Shown: positions 54,560-64,000 of the stretch, piece by piece
Layout: each line of letters begins with the position of its first letter
Position numbering within the stretch: the stretch's first letter is position 1
Made by a program: the position numbers and the translations under genes
Assembly (NCBI GenBank): GCA_946965045.2
Contig: OX337229.1
Coordinates: 2,418,001-2,482,000, forward strand
Reading direction: 5' to 3'
Length of the DNA stretch: 64,000 nucleotides
From: Epithemia pelagica
Lineage: Eukaryota > Protista > Bacillariophyta
The notes under the pieces: generated by a model
Database searches by the model: none
Told to the model about the DNA's origin: nothing
The model's input: the letters and a program-made list of their open reading frames with translations, nothing else

Positions 54560-55028
54560 GGTGCAATCGTCGTCTTTTGTGCTGCTGCCAACTAACTACC
54601 TGCGTCACAAACGACTGTTGGTTGTGTGTGTCTGTTGTGCCAGTCGTTTTCCAAACTTTCGATACAGCAGTTGGGTTTCCCCACAAGGGTCGTTCGTTGG
54701 TGTCCCAAACCGCAGGCTACAGGCGGGTTGTCGTTCTCACTGCACCGCCGTGTGTGGTGGTCTGGAAGAACAGAGAGGGACCCGTTGTCGTTGTGCGGTT
54801 GAGTTTTGGAAAATTGTTGTTGTGGCGCATCAACAGGTTCATTGGTTGGGTGTCTGTTGGGCGCGGGTTTTCGGCATTTTTTCGATCTGCCCGTGTGTAC
54901 ACTTCGTGCCTATACGAATACATTTTAACAAATAGTAAATTCGACTATATTACTTTATGTACTACAGTCATAAGACTGGATGACAAGTTTTCGCAGCGAA
55001 TGACGACTGACCATCTTCAGGCGATAGG

Positions 55029-55664
55029 ATGGTACCTCCACCGTGGGAACCCTTTACCGTGTGGACGCTCCAGCGAGACTATGAGGATGCCATTTTATCT
55101 CTCAACAAGCACCACCACCACGCATCCTCCTCCTCTGGCAATGATATAATCAACCGTGCGACACGGCAAACGGTGCACCACGAGTTGGAGCAATTGCTCG
55201 TGTGTTGCCAGTTGCTCCTCCAGATCCACCATCATCACGAGGAAGGCACCGAGTGTCGTCTCACCGAGCATCAAGCCGTGACCATTCACACCACGCGTTC
55301 ACGGTGTGAGTGCTTGCTTCAACTCTTGGAATCGATGCATCCAGATGCGGGGATGGATGCTAGTAGAGTTAGCGATCTCACCCAACTCCAGGTAAAACAC
55401 ATGGGACGAGGTCGCTTTACCTGGCATAAGGTGGAGACCGACATTGACTTGTCCGGAGCCAAGTTGGACGAAGAAGAGCGAGATCTTTGGGCCATGGCCA
55501 CGACGCCCATTCCCTCGGAAGGAAACGAGTGTCTAGATCCTTCCCCAAAAGAACCACCACCACAACCACAAGGAGTCTTGTATGAGACGGTGAAAACGCT
55601 GTGGGATGCCCCCGAATACGACCGTGTAGAAGCTTCCAAACGAAACCTCTCCACAAATGGATAA
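55029..55664 (+). CDS. Hypothetical protein (211 aa)
   Basis: ATG-initiated ORF between two recognised genes, with protein-like composition. No motif recognised. Confidence 0.5.
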   Translation: MVPPPWEPFTVWTLQRDYEDAILSLNKHHHHASSSSGNDIINRATRQTVHHELEQLLVCCQLLLQIHHHHEEGTECRLTEHQAVTIHTTRSRCECLLQLLESMHPDAGMDASRVSDLTQLQVKHMGRGRFTWHKVETDIDLSGAKLDEEERDLWAMATTPIPSEGNECLDPSPKEPPPQPQGVLYETVKTLWDAPEYDRVEASKRNLSTNG

Positions 55665-55676
55665 CGTGCATTTGGG

Positions 55677-56549
55677 TCACGGATTTTCTTTGTTTTCTTC
55701 TTCTTCGTCGTCTTGTTGTTGTGTGTCATACAGTTCGGGCCGCAATAATTTGTGTAGAAGGGGCCGTAGAATGTAGGCCGTGAGACCCCAAATGTCTCCT
55801 TGTGCGGTGGGAAAGACGGGTCCATGACGGAGCCGAAATCGATTGGGCGGCAACACCCGACTCGTTTCCACCTCCAAGAGCGTTTGAATCGATACAGCAA
55901 AGACGTGTTCCACTTCGTCGGGCGATCCGGGAAAAATATCGTCCAGTGTGGCATGGGAGAGCTGGGGATGCCATAAGACGCCCACCACGGGCGTAATGGG
56001 AGGTCCTTTGAGAAAAGACAATTGACTGGTGGGACCGAGAATTTCAATGGGATGGTCGTCCCAAAATCCGGGCCGGGGCAAGAGTTCTTCGGCCGTTTCC
56101 CTTAAGGCTGTATGGACGACGGACGCATCCGTGGCATCCACATGGCCGCCCGGAAAGGAAATTTCGGCCGCATGGCGTCGGAGGCGGGACGACCGACGCG
56201 TAAACAAGACGGACGATTCGCCATCCACCGTACACAGCAACACGAGGACGGCCGCCTGTTTTTGGTTCTGGTTGTTCTTGGTGTGGTGGTGATGGTGGTG
56301 ATGGTGGTCCTTGTGGTGGTGGGGGGTTCGGGAAACCGAGGACTTAAAGAGTGGAAATTCGCCGTGTTCATTCAAACAAGCTTGAAACCGATGCACCACG
56401 GCAGGCCATTGTTCGCGCAACTGACATGGTGGATTCGTTGTTGTCGTGGTGGGTGCCTTGTTGTGGGCCGACACGGAAAAGAGCCTCTGCGCCAGTCGAT
56501 GCGCCATCATGGTCCATATGATGGGAAAAAGTATACACCGCGTCGTCAT
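55677..56549 (-). CDS. Nudix hydrolase, CoA-pyrophosphatase (NUDT7/8, PCD1) type
   Basis: AAVLVLL..LFTRRS..LRRHAAEISFPGG..ALRETAEE (UPF0035 plus Nudix box) and IWGLTAYIL. The start codon is uncertain. Confidence 0.88.
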   Translation of the reverse strand: MTTRCILFPIIWTMMAHRLAQRLFSVSAHNKAPTTTTTNPPCQLREQWPAVVHRFQACLNEHGEFPLFKSSVSRTPHHHKDHHHHHHHHTKNNQNQKQAAVLVLLCTVDGESSVLFTRRSSRLRRHAAEISFPGGHVDATDASVVHTALRETAEELLPRPGFWDDHPIEILGPTSQLSFLKGPPITPVVGVLWHPQLSHATLDDIFPGSPDEVEHVFAVSIQTLLEVETSRVLPPNRFRLRHGPVFPTAQGDIWGLTAYILRPLLHKLLRPELYDTQQQDDEEEENKENP

Positions 56550-57029
56550 CGGCGCCAGGATAGGAAAGCATCTAAGTCGCATTTCGATCGCTTTCAGAAA
56601 TTGCGTCGCACCTCAGTCACCACGCGCCCAGACCCACATGCCAATCTCGCGCAACGCCACCACCTCATCCTCCCGGAACTCCATCGATGGGCATGATGGC
56701 GGTATAAAAGAACGCTCTTCAGCAGCATGTTTCTCAGACTTGTACGGTGAAGCAGCTCTCCACAAACGGCAGGAGCAGAGACGTGATGGCCTCACTGAGG
56801 AAAACAGAGCGAACCACAATCGATAGTCCATCATTGCCTTGCTGCCGATAGTTTGGAACAGTCCAGAACGTCCTGGGACGACGATACGGCAATCCATCCA
56901 GTCACGGCCATTACCAGCGTGCACCTTGACGACCAAACACCACCTCGATACAAAACGCCACGCGCATTTGGCAGTCACTCACGGACAATGCCACACAGTC
57001 CATTGTCCTTTGGTTGGCGTGATGGCGGC

Positions 57030-58328
57030 ATGGATACGGTCCTGCGGTCCTTGGTATTCCTGGTCCTTGCATCTTGGACGACGGACCAAACCAGGGTGGT
57101 GTCCTCCTTTGCCTGGTTGGGGCCTCGGTCGTTCTCCCATGCCCACCACCCACGCTCGTCGTCACGGATCCTACGACGATTATGGTGTTCCACGACGACC
57201 ACAAGATCGGTTGCGTCGACCGCAGGCCACCACAATGACACGTTGCTGGCACATGCGACACAACAAGAACAAGAACCACAAGCCACCAACACCTTCACGA
57301 CTTCTACCACTACTACTACTACGTCGTCGTCGTCGTCGTCCCAATGGATGAATGGTGGAGACTCGGCCTCTCGCGACCACCACCATCGACCGATTCGAGA
57401 CATGATTCATCAACGACCGGAACATTTGGGTATGCGACGACAAATGCTCCCTGCTTTGGAATTATTGGAATGCGTACGGCGACAAGGTCCAGCCGTGGAT
57501 GGAACCAAGACCCATGTCGATACTAATACATCCTCCATCGAAGAACCACAGGGAACTGCCACCTTGGGAGATATCATGAACCATGGATTGGTCACACACC
57601 ACACTCTGAAAACAGCAGCATCACCATTGACCAGCACTACCGGACCCTCCCACTCCCCACTGTCGTCGTCGTCGTCATCGTCGTCATTACGGTCGTCCCC
57701 ACAACCACAATCCTTGGCGCAACACTATGGATTTGACAATCCCTTGGATCGCATGGTATTGACTGCCAATGGCAATTTGCAACGACTCATTTCCAGTTAT
57801 TACGATTCGACCGTTTCCGTCCATGTCCATCATTGTACCCCACGACGACAAGCACCAGCACACGTCGCATCCCCCACGCATCCTCCTACACCATCCTCGT
57901 CCATGCACAGTCCAGTCGTCACGTGGGATCGTGTCGTTCATTTACAGGTATGGGATCAAACCTTTTGTACCGCCACATCAGTCATTACCGTACGAGATCC
58001 CTTGTGTGTGACCTTGGTCGAATCGGGACAAGTCGGATTGGGACAACTCTTTCGATACTTGGATTTGCTCCCCGAATTTGAACTGGTCCATGCCGGACAC
58101 TACTACGACACGGAACCAGACAACACGAACAAGAACAACAACCACAACACACGTACTGGTGCCGGCAATAACAATAACAACAACCACAAGGCTCCTCCTC
58201 CAACACCACACGGTGGCGGCGGTGGATTTTGGAGAGAGTACAGATTGGAATGTCCAGAACTCTCCTGTCGAATTCGCGAAGACTTTGTTCCAGGATTATG
58301 GACCTTGCAAAAACCATCCAAGTCCTAG
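57030..58328 (+). CDS. Chorismate-lyase/UTRA-fold-like (DUF98-like) protein with bipartite plastid presequence
   Basis: RMVLTANGNLQRLISSYY, WDRVVHL..CTATSVI, GLGQLFR and FWREYRL..IREDF. Presequence ..VVSS-FAW from ATG 57030. The fold call is tentative. Confidence 0.62.
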   Translation: MDTVLRSLVFLVLASWTTDQTRVVSSFAWLGPRSFSHAHHPRSSSRILRRLWCSTTTTRSVASTAGHHNDTLLAHATQQEQEPQATNTFTTSTTTTTTSSSSSSQWMNGGDSASRDHHHRPIRDMIHQRPEHLGMRRQMLPALELLECVRRQGPAVDGTKTHVDTNTSSIEEPQGTATLGDIMNHGLVTHHTLKTAASPLTSTTGPSHSPLSSSSSSSSLRSSPQPQSLAQHYGFDNPLDRMVLTANGNLQRLISSYYDSTVSVHVHHCTPRRQAPAHVASPTHPPTPSSSMHSPVVTWDRVVHLQVWDQTFCTATSVITVRDPLCVTLVESGQVGLGQLFRYLDLLPEFELVHAGHYYDTEPDNTNKNNNHNTRTGAGNNNNNNHKAPPPTPHGGGGGFWREYRLECPELSCRIREDFVPGLWTLQKPSKS

Positions 58329-58422
58329 TAGCCTAGTGCGCTTCCAATGGTGGCCAACGAAGCAATGTACAAAGAATTGTAACCTTAATTGCTATACCGC
58401 GTACGGTCGGTCGTCCCCCGGT

Positions 58423-61400
58423 TTAATTCTTTCTTCTTCCCCCTCGACTGGCGAGCTGTAGTTGGTTTTTCCTTCTCCGGTTCACACCTCCACCATTGTT
58501 GTTGGTGGTAGAATGGCTTCGTTGCTTTTGGTCAATTGCCTCCCTGGCCCATTGGGCCTTTTCTTGAACCATGGTCTTTTCGGAACGCGCGGCCTCGTCA
58601 ATTAATTTGTCGGCAAATTCCGACTCCAACTCCTTTCGTACGTCCCGGACGTCACCCAACTCTCGGGCAATATCCCCCAACAAGGCAACCGCTTTGTGGA
58701 GCACTGCATCATCCTTGGTGCGGTCCGTGGCCAAGGAACTGAGAAACACGAGAACGTGCGGTGCGTGCGGAACAAAGGCCTGCACGGACTGACCTTCGGC
58801 CAGTCCCACAAGAATACCCGAGTAGGCTTCCAAGACGGAGCCTCGCAGCTTGTTCCAAAACTCAAAGACGGAACACCAAAGCTTATTTGTAAACGCAATC
58901 ATATCTTCATTGTTGAGATGGGGTTGCTGCTGAGAAGCTTGCATAAGCGCCATCATGGTTGGCTCCATGTACGGCTGGAACGCAGCACCAATCGAGAGGG
59001 CCATGTCTCCGAAACAGGAGATTGCTGCAGCCTTTACATCGCGGTCTTTTGCTGACCCTTCCCGAATCATGTGGAACAGAGCTTGCATCAGGTCATCTGC
59101 ATATGGTTGGATCAAGGGCCCAAGGCTTCCGCACAAATCGACAACCACGCCGGTGCAGATTGTGCTCAAACTGCCCTCGAAACTGCGCAATCCTGTCAAA
59201 AGCAATGGCATAAAATCATCCAAGTAGGTCTATGAACACAGAGAGTGAACAGGTGAGTATTTTCGAAAGGGAAAGAAGTATATTTTCCAAAGCCATTTGA
59301 TAGGAACGTACCGCAAACTCATCTTCGAGGCGATACACAATACTCCCAATGGCCATAAAGACCTCTTCTTCAGCATTGCGTACACGTAGTCCCTGCAGGA
59401 GCACCTTCATGATATGCTCTGTATGTCTCAGGACAGTGTTCTTTTCCATGCGATTGTACAAAACTTGGGTCAGAGCACCGAGCTGTCCAACCATTTGAGC
59501 TCGGAAGGTGCTCTCCACAGTTTGGAGCTTCAGAGTACCGTCCAGAGCAGTTGTCACGGTTCGGACCAGCATTTCATCCCGCTTCAAAGAACCCTCGTTT
59601 AGCTCAGCAACAGATTCATTGCTTGCCGAACTGAGGTCATTACATGTGGTCAAGAGTAAGCTTCTACTATTCTCGCTCTCTGTCAAAGCCGCGCTCAAAG
59701 AAACGCATGATGCTTGAATTTCTTCAACTTCGGTGTTCAAGGCTTTCTCACGGTTATTGTTGGACGAGAGGATTGCTTTTGCATCACCAAGCTCCTCTCT
59801 CAAAGTTTTGCGTTCCTTTTCTAGGGCACTCATACTGTCACGCAGAACCAGTCGTTCGTAATCTGAAACGTTGAATTCATTCTTCAAGACTTCCCTCTTC
59901 TCGTTGATCAGAACTTCGATCATGCTGTCATCTAAAGGCTCACCGTGATCCTGTGATGCGGTCAGCTTCGATCGAAGACATTCAACTTTCACATTTGGCG
60001 CGTTCCCATCGTCCTTCTCGGTTTGTTGAAACGACTCATTCTTTTCTTTAAAATCTCTTTCCAGGTCATCAATAACATGGGTCAATAGATCACGCTCTTT
60101 CGTCATTCGTCTCAGTTTATCGAGAGCATCTTCTTTCGCTTTTTCTTCGAGTTCATTCATCACGGTCATCTTCACCAATTCCTCTTTGAGCGATTCATTT
60201 GATGTTTCTGCCTTCTCCAAAGATGCAACCATATCCTCGAGCATTGTGTTGACACTATCGCATGCGACGAGAGCTTCATCTTTCTCCTCCTTCACCACTT
60301 CCAATTGATTTTGCATGGCCTCCAGGCGTGCTTTCATATCCTCGTTTTCCGACATGGCTTCTTTCCTCTCTTCGTTCGCTTGAACAAGTTCATGATCATG
60401 TTTCACACTCATTTTGCCTTGCTCACGAACTGCAGTGTCTAGTGTCTCCTGAAGTATCTCGATTTCTTCCGTTTTCTCTTCAATAGCCTTCAAATGAAGA
60501 ATTTTCATGTGCTCAATTTCCTCGCATTGTTGCTGTTGCTCACACCGACACTCTTCCAGCTTTTCTTTCTGCTCGTTCATTTCATCTTCCATGCGCTGCG
60601 TGGTCAATTTCATAGAATCCACTATCTCGAGTATCTGATCCTTTTCATTGCGAACAGAACTGAGATCCGATTCAAGACGTTCGATTTCTTTGTCTTTGAT
60701 TAGCAAGAGATCAGCCGACTTTTTGAAACGGTCTTCAGATTCTTGTTCAAGTTGATTGCTGGCAGTCGTCTTAGTTGTGAGGTCATCCTTTAGTTTTTGA
60801 ATCTCTTCGTCTTTTTGTTTTGCTATTTCTGATACTTCACTCTTGGCATTCTCAAGTTCCTCTTGCAGCCGCCGAATCTCTTCATCCCTACACTTTTCGA
60901 TTTCCGATATGTGATCCTTCGCCCTTTCGAGCTCCTGTTTCAACTCGCTGATCTCTTCATCCTTCAGCTTTGTCGCTTCAAATGTGGTTGTCTTGTTCTG
61001 TTCAAGCTCATCCTGAAGCTGTTGAGGCTGGTGTTCTTTATCTTCCACTGTCTCCGAAGACACACTCTGGACTGGAAGGATTTCATCTTCCGCATCTTGC
61101 GGCGCTTTGCTGTCGAGCTTCTGTTCTGATAGTAATTGAGATAGTCGTTCGTTCTCGTTCTTCACTGTTTCGAGTTCTTTTTGAAGTATCTCCAATCTGA
61201 GGTCATTTTCCTGTCGCTTTTCGTTCCTCTGTGGTGTTTGTGCACGGCGTGTCGGTGTTGTTACGGTTTTGTGTTTGGATTTCTCGAACTGCTCTTTGAC
61301 GGATGCAAGTTGCCCTTGCAGTTTCTTGAACTCTTCATCTCTCTTTCTTCCTGTTACGGGTGACGGCCTAGATGTCTGGTTGAGCCTGTCTTTCATTCGC

Positions 61401-64000
61401 TTGTTCTCACCAGATATCGTTTGAAGCTTTTGTTTGGTTGACTCGAGTTCCTTTCGCATATGGTCCCGTGCCCCTTCTGCAGCTTTCAGATCTCTTTTCT
61501 TCCGTTGCAGGTCCTCTTCATTTTTGCGAATGGTGTCCTTTTGAGTTTTGTTTGCCTCTTGAAGAGTTTTGAGTTTAGATCTTACTTTCCCCATATCTGC
61601 ATCTTTCTCCCGAAGTCGTCGTATCTCAATGTCCTGTTGTTTTATTACCTCACCTTGAGACTTACGGGTTTCTTCCAGAGTTTTAAGTTCTCCTCGAAAC
61701 TTCGATATTTTAGCTTCTTTGTCTGCTAGCTTTATTATTTCGTCGTCCCTCTCCAATATGGTTTCTTCGAGTGATTTGTTCTCTCTCTGGAGACCCTTAA
61801 GTTCTTGACAAACCGCGTCGTGTTGGCTATGAAGAGAATTTATTTTGCTTGTTTTGTATGAGAGAGCATCTCGAAGAAGTGGGAAATCGAGAACAGGAAC
61901 AAACAAATTATCTGTCTTGGCTCTCTTCCGACCCGGTGTGAGTGTTTCGGGTGTCTGCTTCGGAAGATTGTCGAGCTCGGATGTATTAATGGGTTTGAGT
62001 TTTGAACTTTCGGAGAACCTTCGTTTGGCTCGTCTCTTTTTATGAGTTTCTCTTTTGAAAGACAGAATTCCACTGTTGATCAGAAAAGCATGAACCCTGT
62101 GAAGTTTCCCGAGTTTCCCTTCCGTCGCTCGCGCCAAAGAATCTGCCCAGGCTGCTCGTCGTTCTAGTACCTCTCGATGACCGGCTTTACGGCGAGCTTC
62201 AACAAGTTCCTTTTGAAGCCGACGAATCATTGACCTATCATCCAGAACTTCGTTGACAATTGGATTTGTGGTGACAAGCTTTGCCCGTGCAGCAAATGCC
62301 AACGTCGACCTTGTCTCCTCTAGGTACAGTTCCGACGGTGTTGCGCAACAGATAACTGCCATTCTAGCGTTTCCTGACAAGGATGGCTGAAGTATCCTGG
62401 TAAGCTTGGAATCCCGAAAATTGATATGGGTCCGAGTTGAGGATCCTAGGGCAACAATAACTCGAGATAGAGTCAAGAGACTAGAATTTGATGAGAGACG
62501 AGCCCATTCGCTATCATCTACCGGACAATCATAGCTTACCTTTGGTTTATCATACCTCCTTCTTTCTGACGGTCCCCACTCGCTCCAGTGTGTCGAACAC
62601 TCTCTGATCCAGCCAAGTCAACCAGATCCAAAGTTGACACAAGAATAGGACCGGAATTTTTCCCTTGGGCACTCCGCGGAGAGGCGACACTGTCATTGCC
62701 ATTTTTGACTGGTTCCTTTGCCCTACTTTCAACGGTGATGCGGAAAACGGTGTGACTTCGAGACGAACGTTCATTCATTGAAGTTGCAGCAATCGAGCGT
62801 TTCTTGTTCCCATGGTGAAGAACCCGTTGTAGTGCATTGGAGTCAACAACGATTTCCTCACGAGAAGGAACGAAGAACCCACGTTGCGGATCCTCACGAA
62901 CAGCTAGTTTTTCTTCTTTCCCTCTTGCAAGTAGATCTCGAATTTCTTCGTTATAAATTTCAAGAAAGCTCACTCGGACCAAAAAATCTCTGTTCCTTGA
63001 TTTCTCAATGCTCCGAAATATGTCGGATGCGGCCATTTGGAGTATCCCTTCATCCTTTCCACCCATTCCCGACCCCTGCATCGTGTACGTCTTCCCACTA
63101 GATGTTTGACCATAAGTAAATACGACTCCATTCAGTCCTCCTATTACGGAATGGACGATCCCCTTGGCCATTGACGCATAAACATCTTTGGTACCGTTTG
63201 ATTCTGCAAAGGTTCTGTCAAACGTGAAGAACGTTCTTCCTATGATCTTCTCCTTTATGGGCTTGCCCTCTGGTGTTGTTTGAGTCACAGACGAGTACTG
63301 CGGGAACACCTCCCAGACCCGTTTATGTTGTCCCTCGTTGTCATTGAGTGGGCGCATCCGAATAGCAACTAGAACAAAGAATACCAATTTGAGCATTTTG
63401 ATGCAGGATTTTGTCAGTATCAACAAATCTGGCTTACCGCGAATTCCCTCTTCTGTGGACGGTACCGTTGCAGAATCACTCTCCGGTGATTCTACCTGCA
63501 CAACTTCTTTCTTCTTTGTCGTTGGGGTAGCCAGGGTCTCATTTTCTGCAAATCGAATGCAAGATCCTGCTACAGACCGTCCTTTCTTGCCACTTTTGGA
63601 AGCTTGTATGCTAGTGTCAGATGATACTGTGAGATGTTTGCTTGGTGTGGTCTTTGGTGATAATAACGGGATAGCTGAGACTCGATGAGAAGACGAGCAG
63701 GTTTCTTGTAGATTTTCTGAATTGAAGGATGGTACTATGAGAACCAAACTGCAACGATCACCGCGGTATCATAGTTCTACACTTACCTTGGCCTTTCATA
63801 TTCTTCGATTCATCTTCCACTGGCTGGGACACGGTGTCTAGCACCTCGTTCTTTGTACTTTGAATTGTCATTCCTTTATCAGTATCAGGAATTTTCTCCT
63901 TGTTTGGGGATGGCACTGGTTGTTTGTCCGCATTTGCGTTTGCTATCTCAGAACCTGGCTTCGATTGGTTGTTGTGGTCTTGATGATTGCCACATGCGTC
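58423..64000 (-). CDS. Kinesin-7 (CENP-E-like) motor + coiled coil fused to the importin-beta C-terminal HEAT repeats; 5' end outside the window; introns 63717-63786, 63369-63437, 62481-62539 and 59230-59311
   Basis: Spliced motor: GIR|VAIRMRP, TYGQTSSGKT, NERSSRSH, LVDLAGSE and INQ|SLLTL. All four introns are GT-AG and frame-preserving. The tail matches importin-beta-type motifs (see findings). Confidence 0.88.

Noticed and set aside
58423-59223. Stand-alone importin-beta gene as suggested by the ORF track
   Set aside because: The ORF begins at a TTG just after a splice acceptor, and the preceding importin-like exon is contiguous with the kinesin coiled-coil frame. There is no room for an independent promoter or N-terminal half.
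63369-63437. 23-aa insertion at the start of the kinesin-7 motor (KPDLLILTKSCIKMLKLVFFVL)
   Set aside because: It is a 69-nt in-frame GT-AG intron, and removing it restores the canonical IRVAIRMRP strand.

Overview
Eukaryotic nuclear DNA, most consistent with a diatom (inference). The evidence is short GT-AG introns of about 60-140 nt, signal-peptide + Phe bipartite plastid presequences, RxL/LRGG motifs in secreted proteins and low-complexity Q/S/T/P tracts. From left to right the window holds: (1) the 3' 5.9 kb of a CRE-group, restriction-like-endonuclease non-LTR retrotransposon with a poly(A) tail; (2) an intronless DEG/ENaC-family channel; (3) an SH3-like/DUF4470-like protein and a DnaJ protein; (4) a head-to-head pair of bacterial-type S53-like secreted proteases with an inverted 10-bp repeat array between them; (5) NAD kinase, a PD-(D/E)xK nuclease + kinase protein, a choline-transporter-like protein and a CRAL-TRIO protein; (6) a Lys/Gly-rich single-pass membrane protein and a small family of secreted low-complexity proteins ending in TIMVIPF; (7) a papain protease, a bZIP factor and a YkgJ-type Cys-cluster protein; (8) a kinesin-14 with a NudE-like N-terminus, a Nudix hydrolase and a chorismate-lyase-like protein; (9) a kinesin-7 (CENP-E-like) whose spliced reading frame runs directly into the C-terminal HEAT repeats of importin-beta, the most striking item. 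No rRNA, tRNA or CRISPR array was recognised. All family assignments come from motif recognition by eye and no database searches were run.
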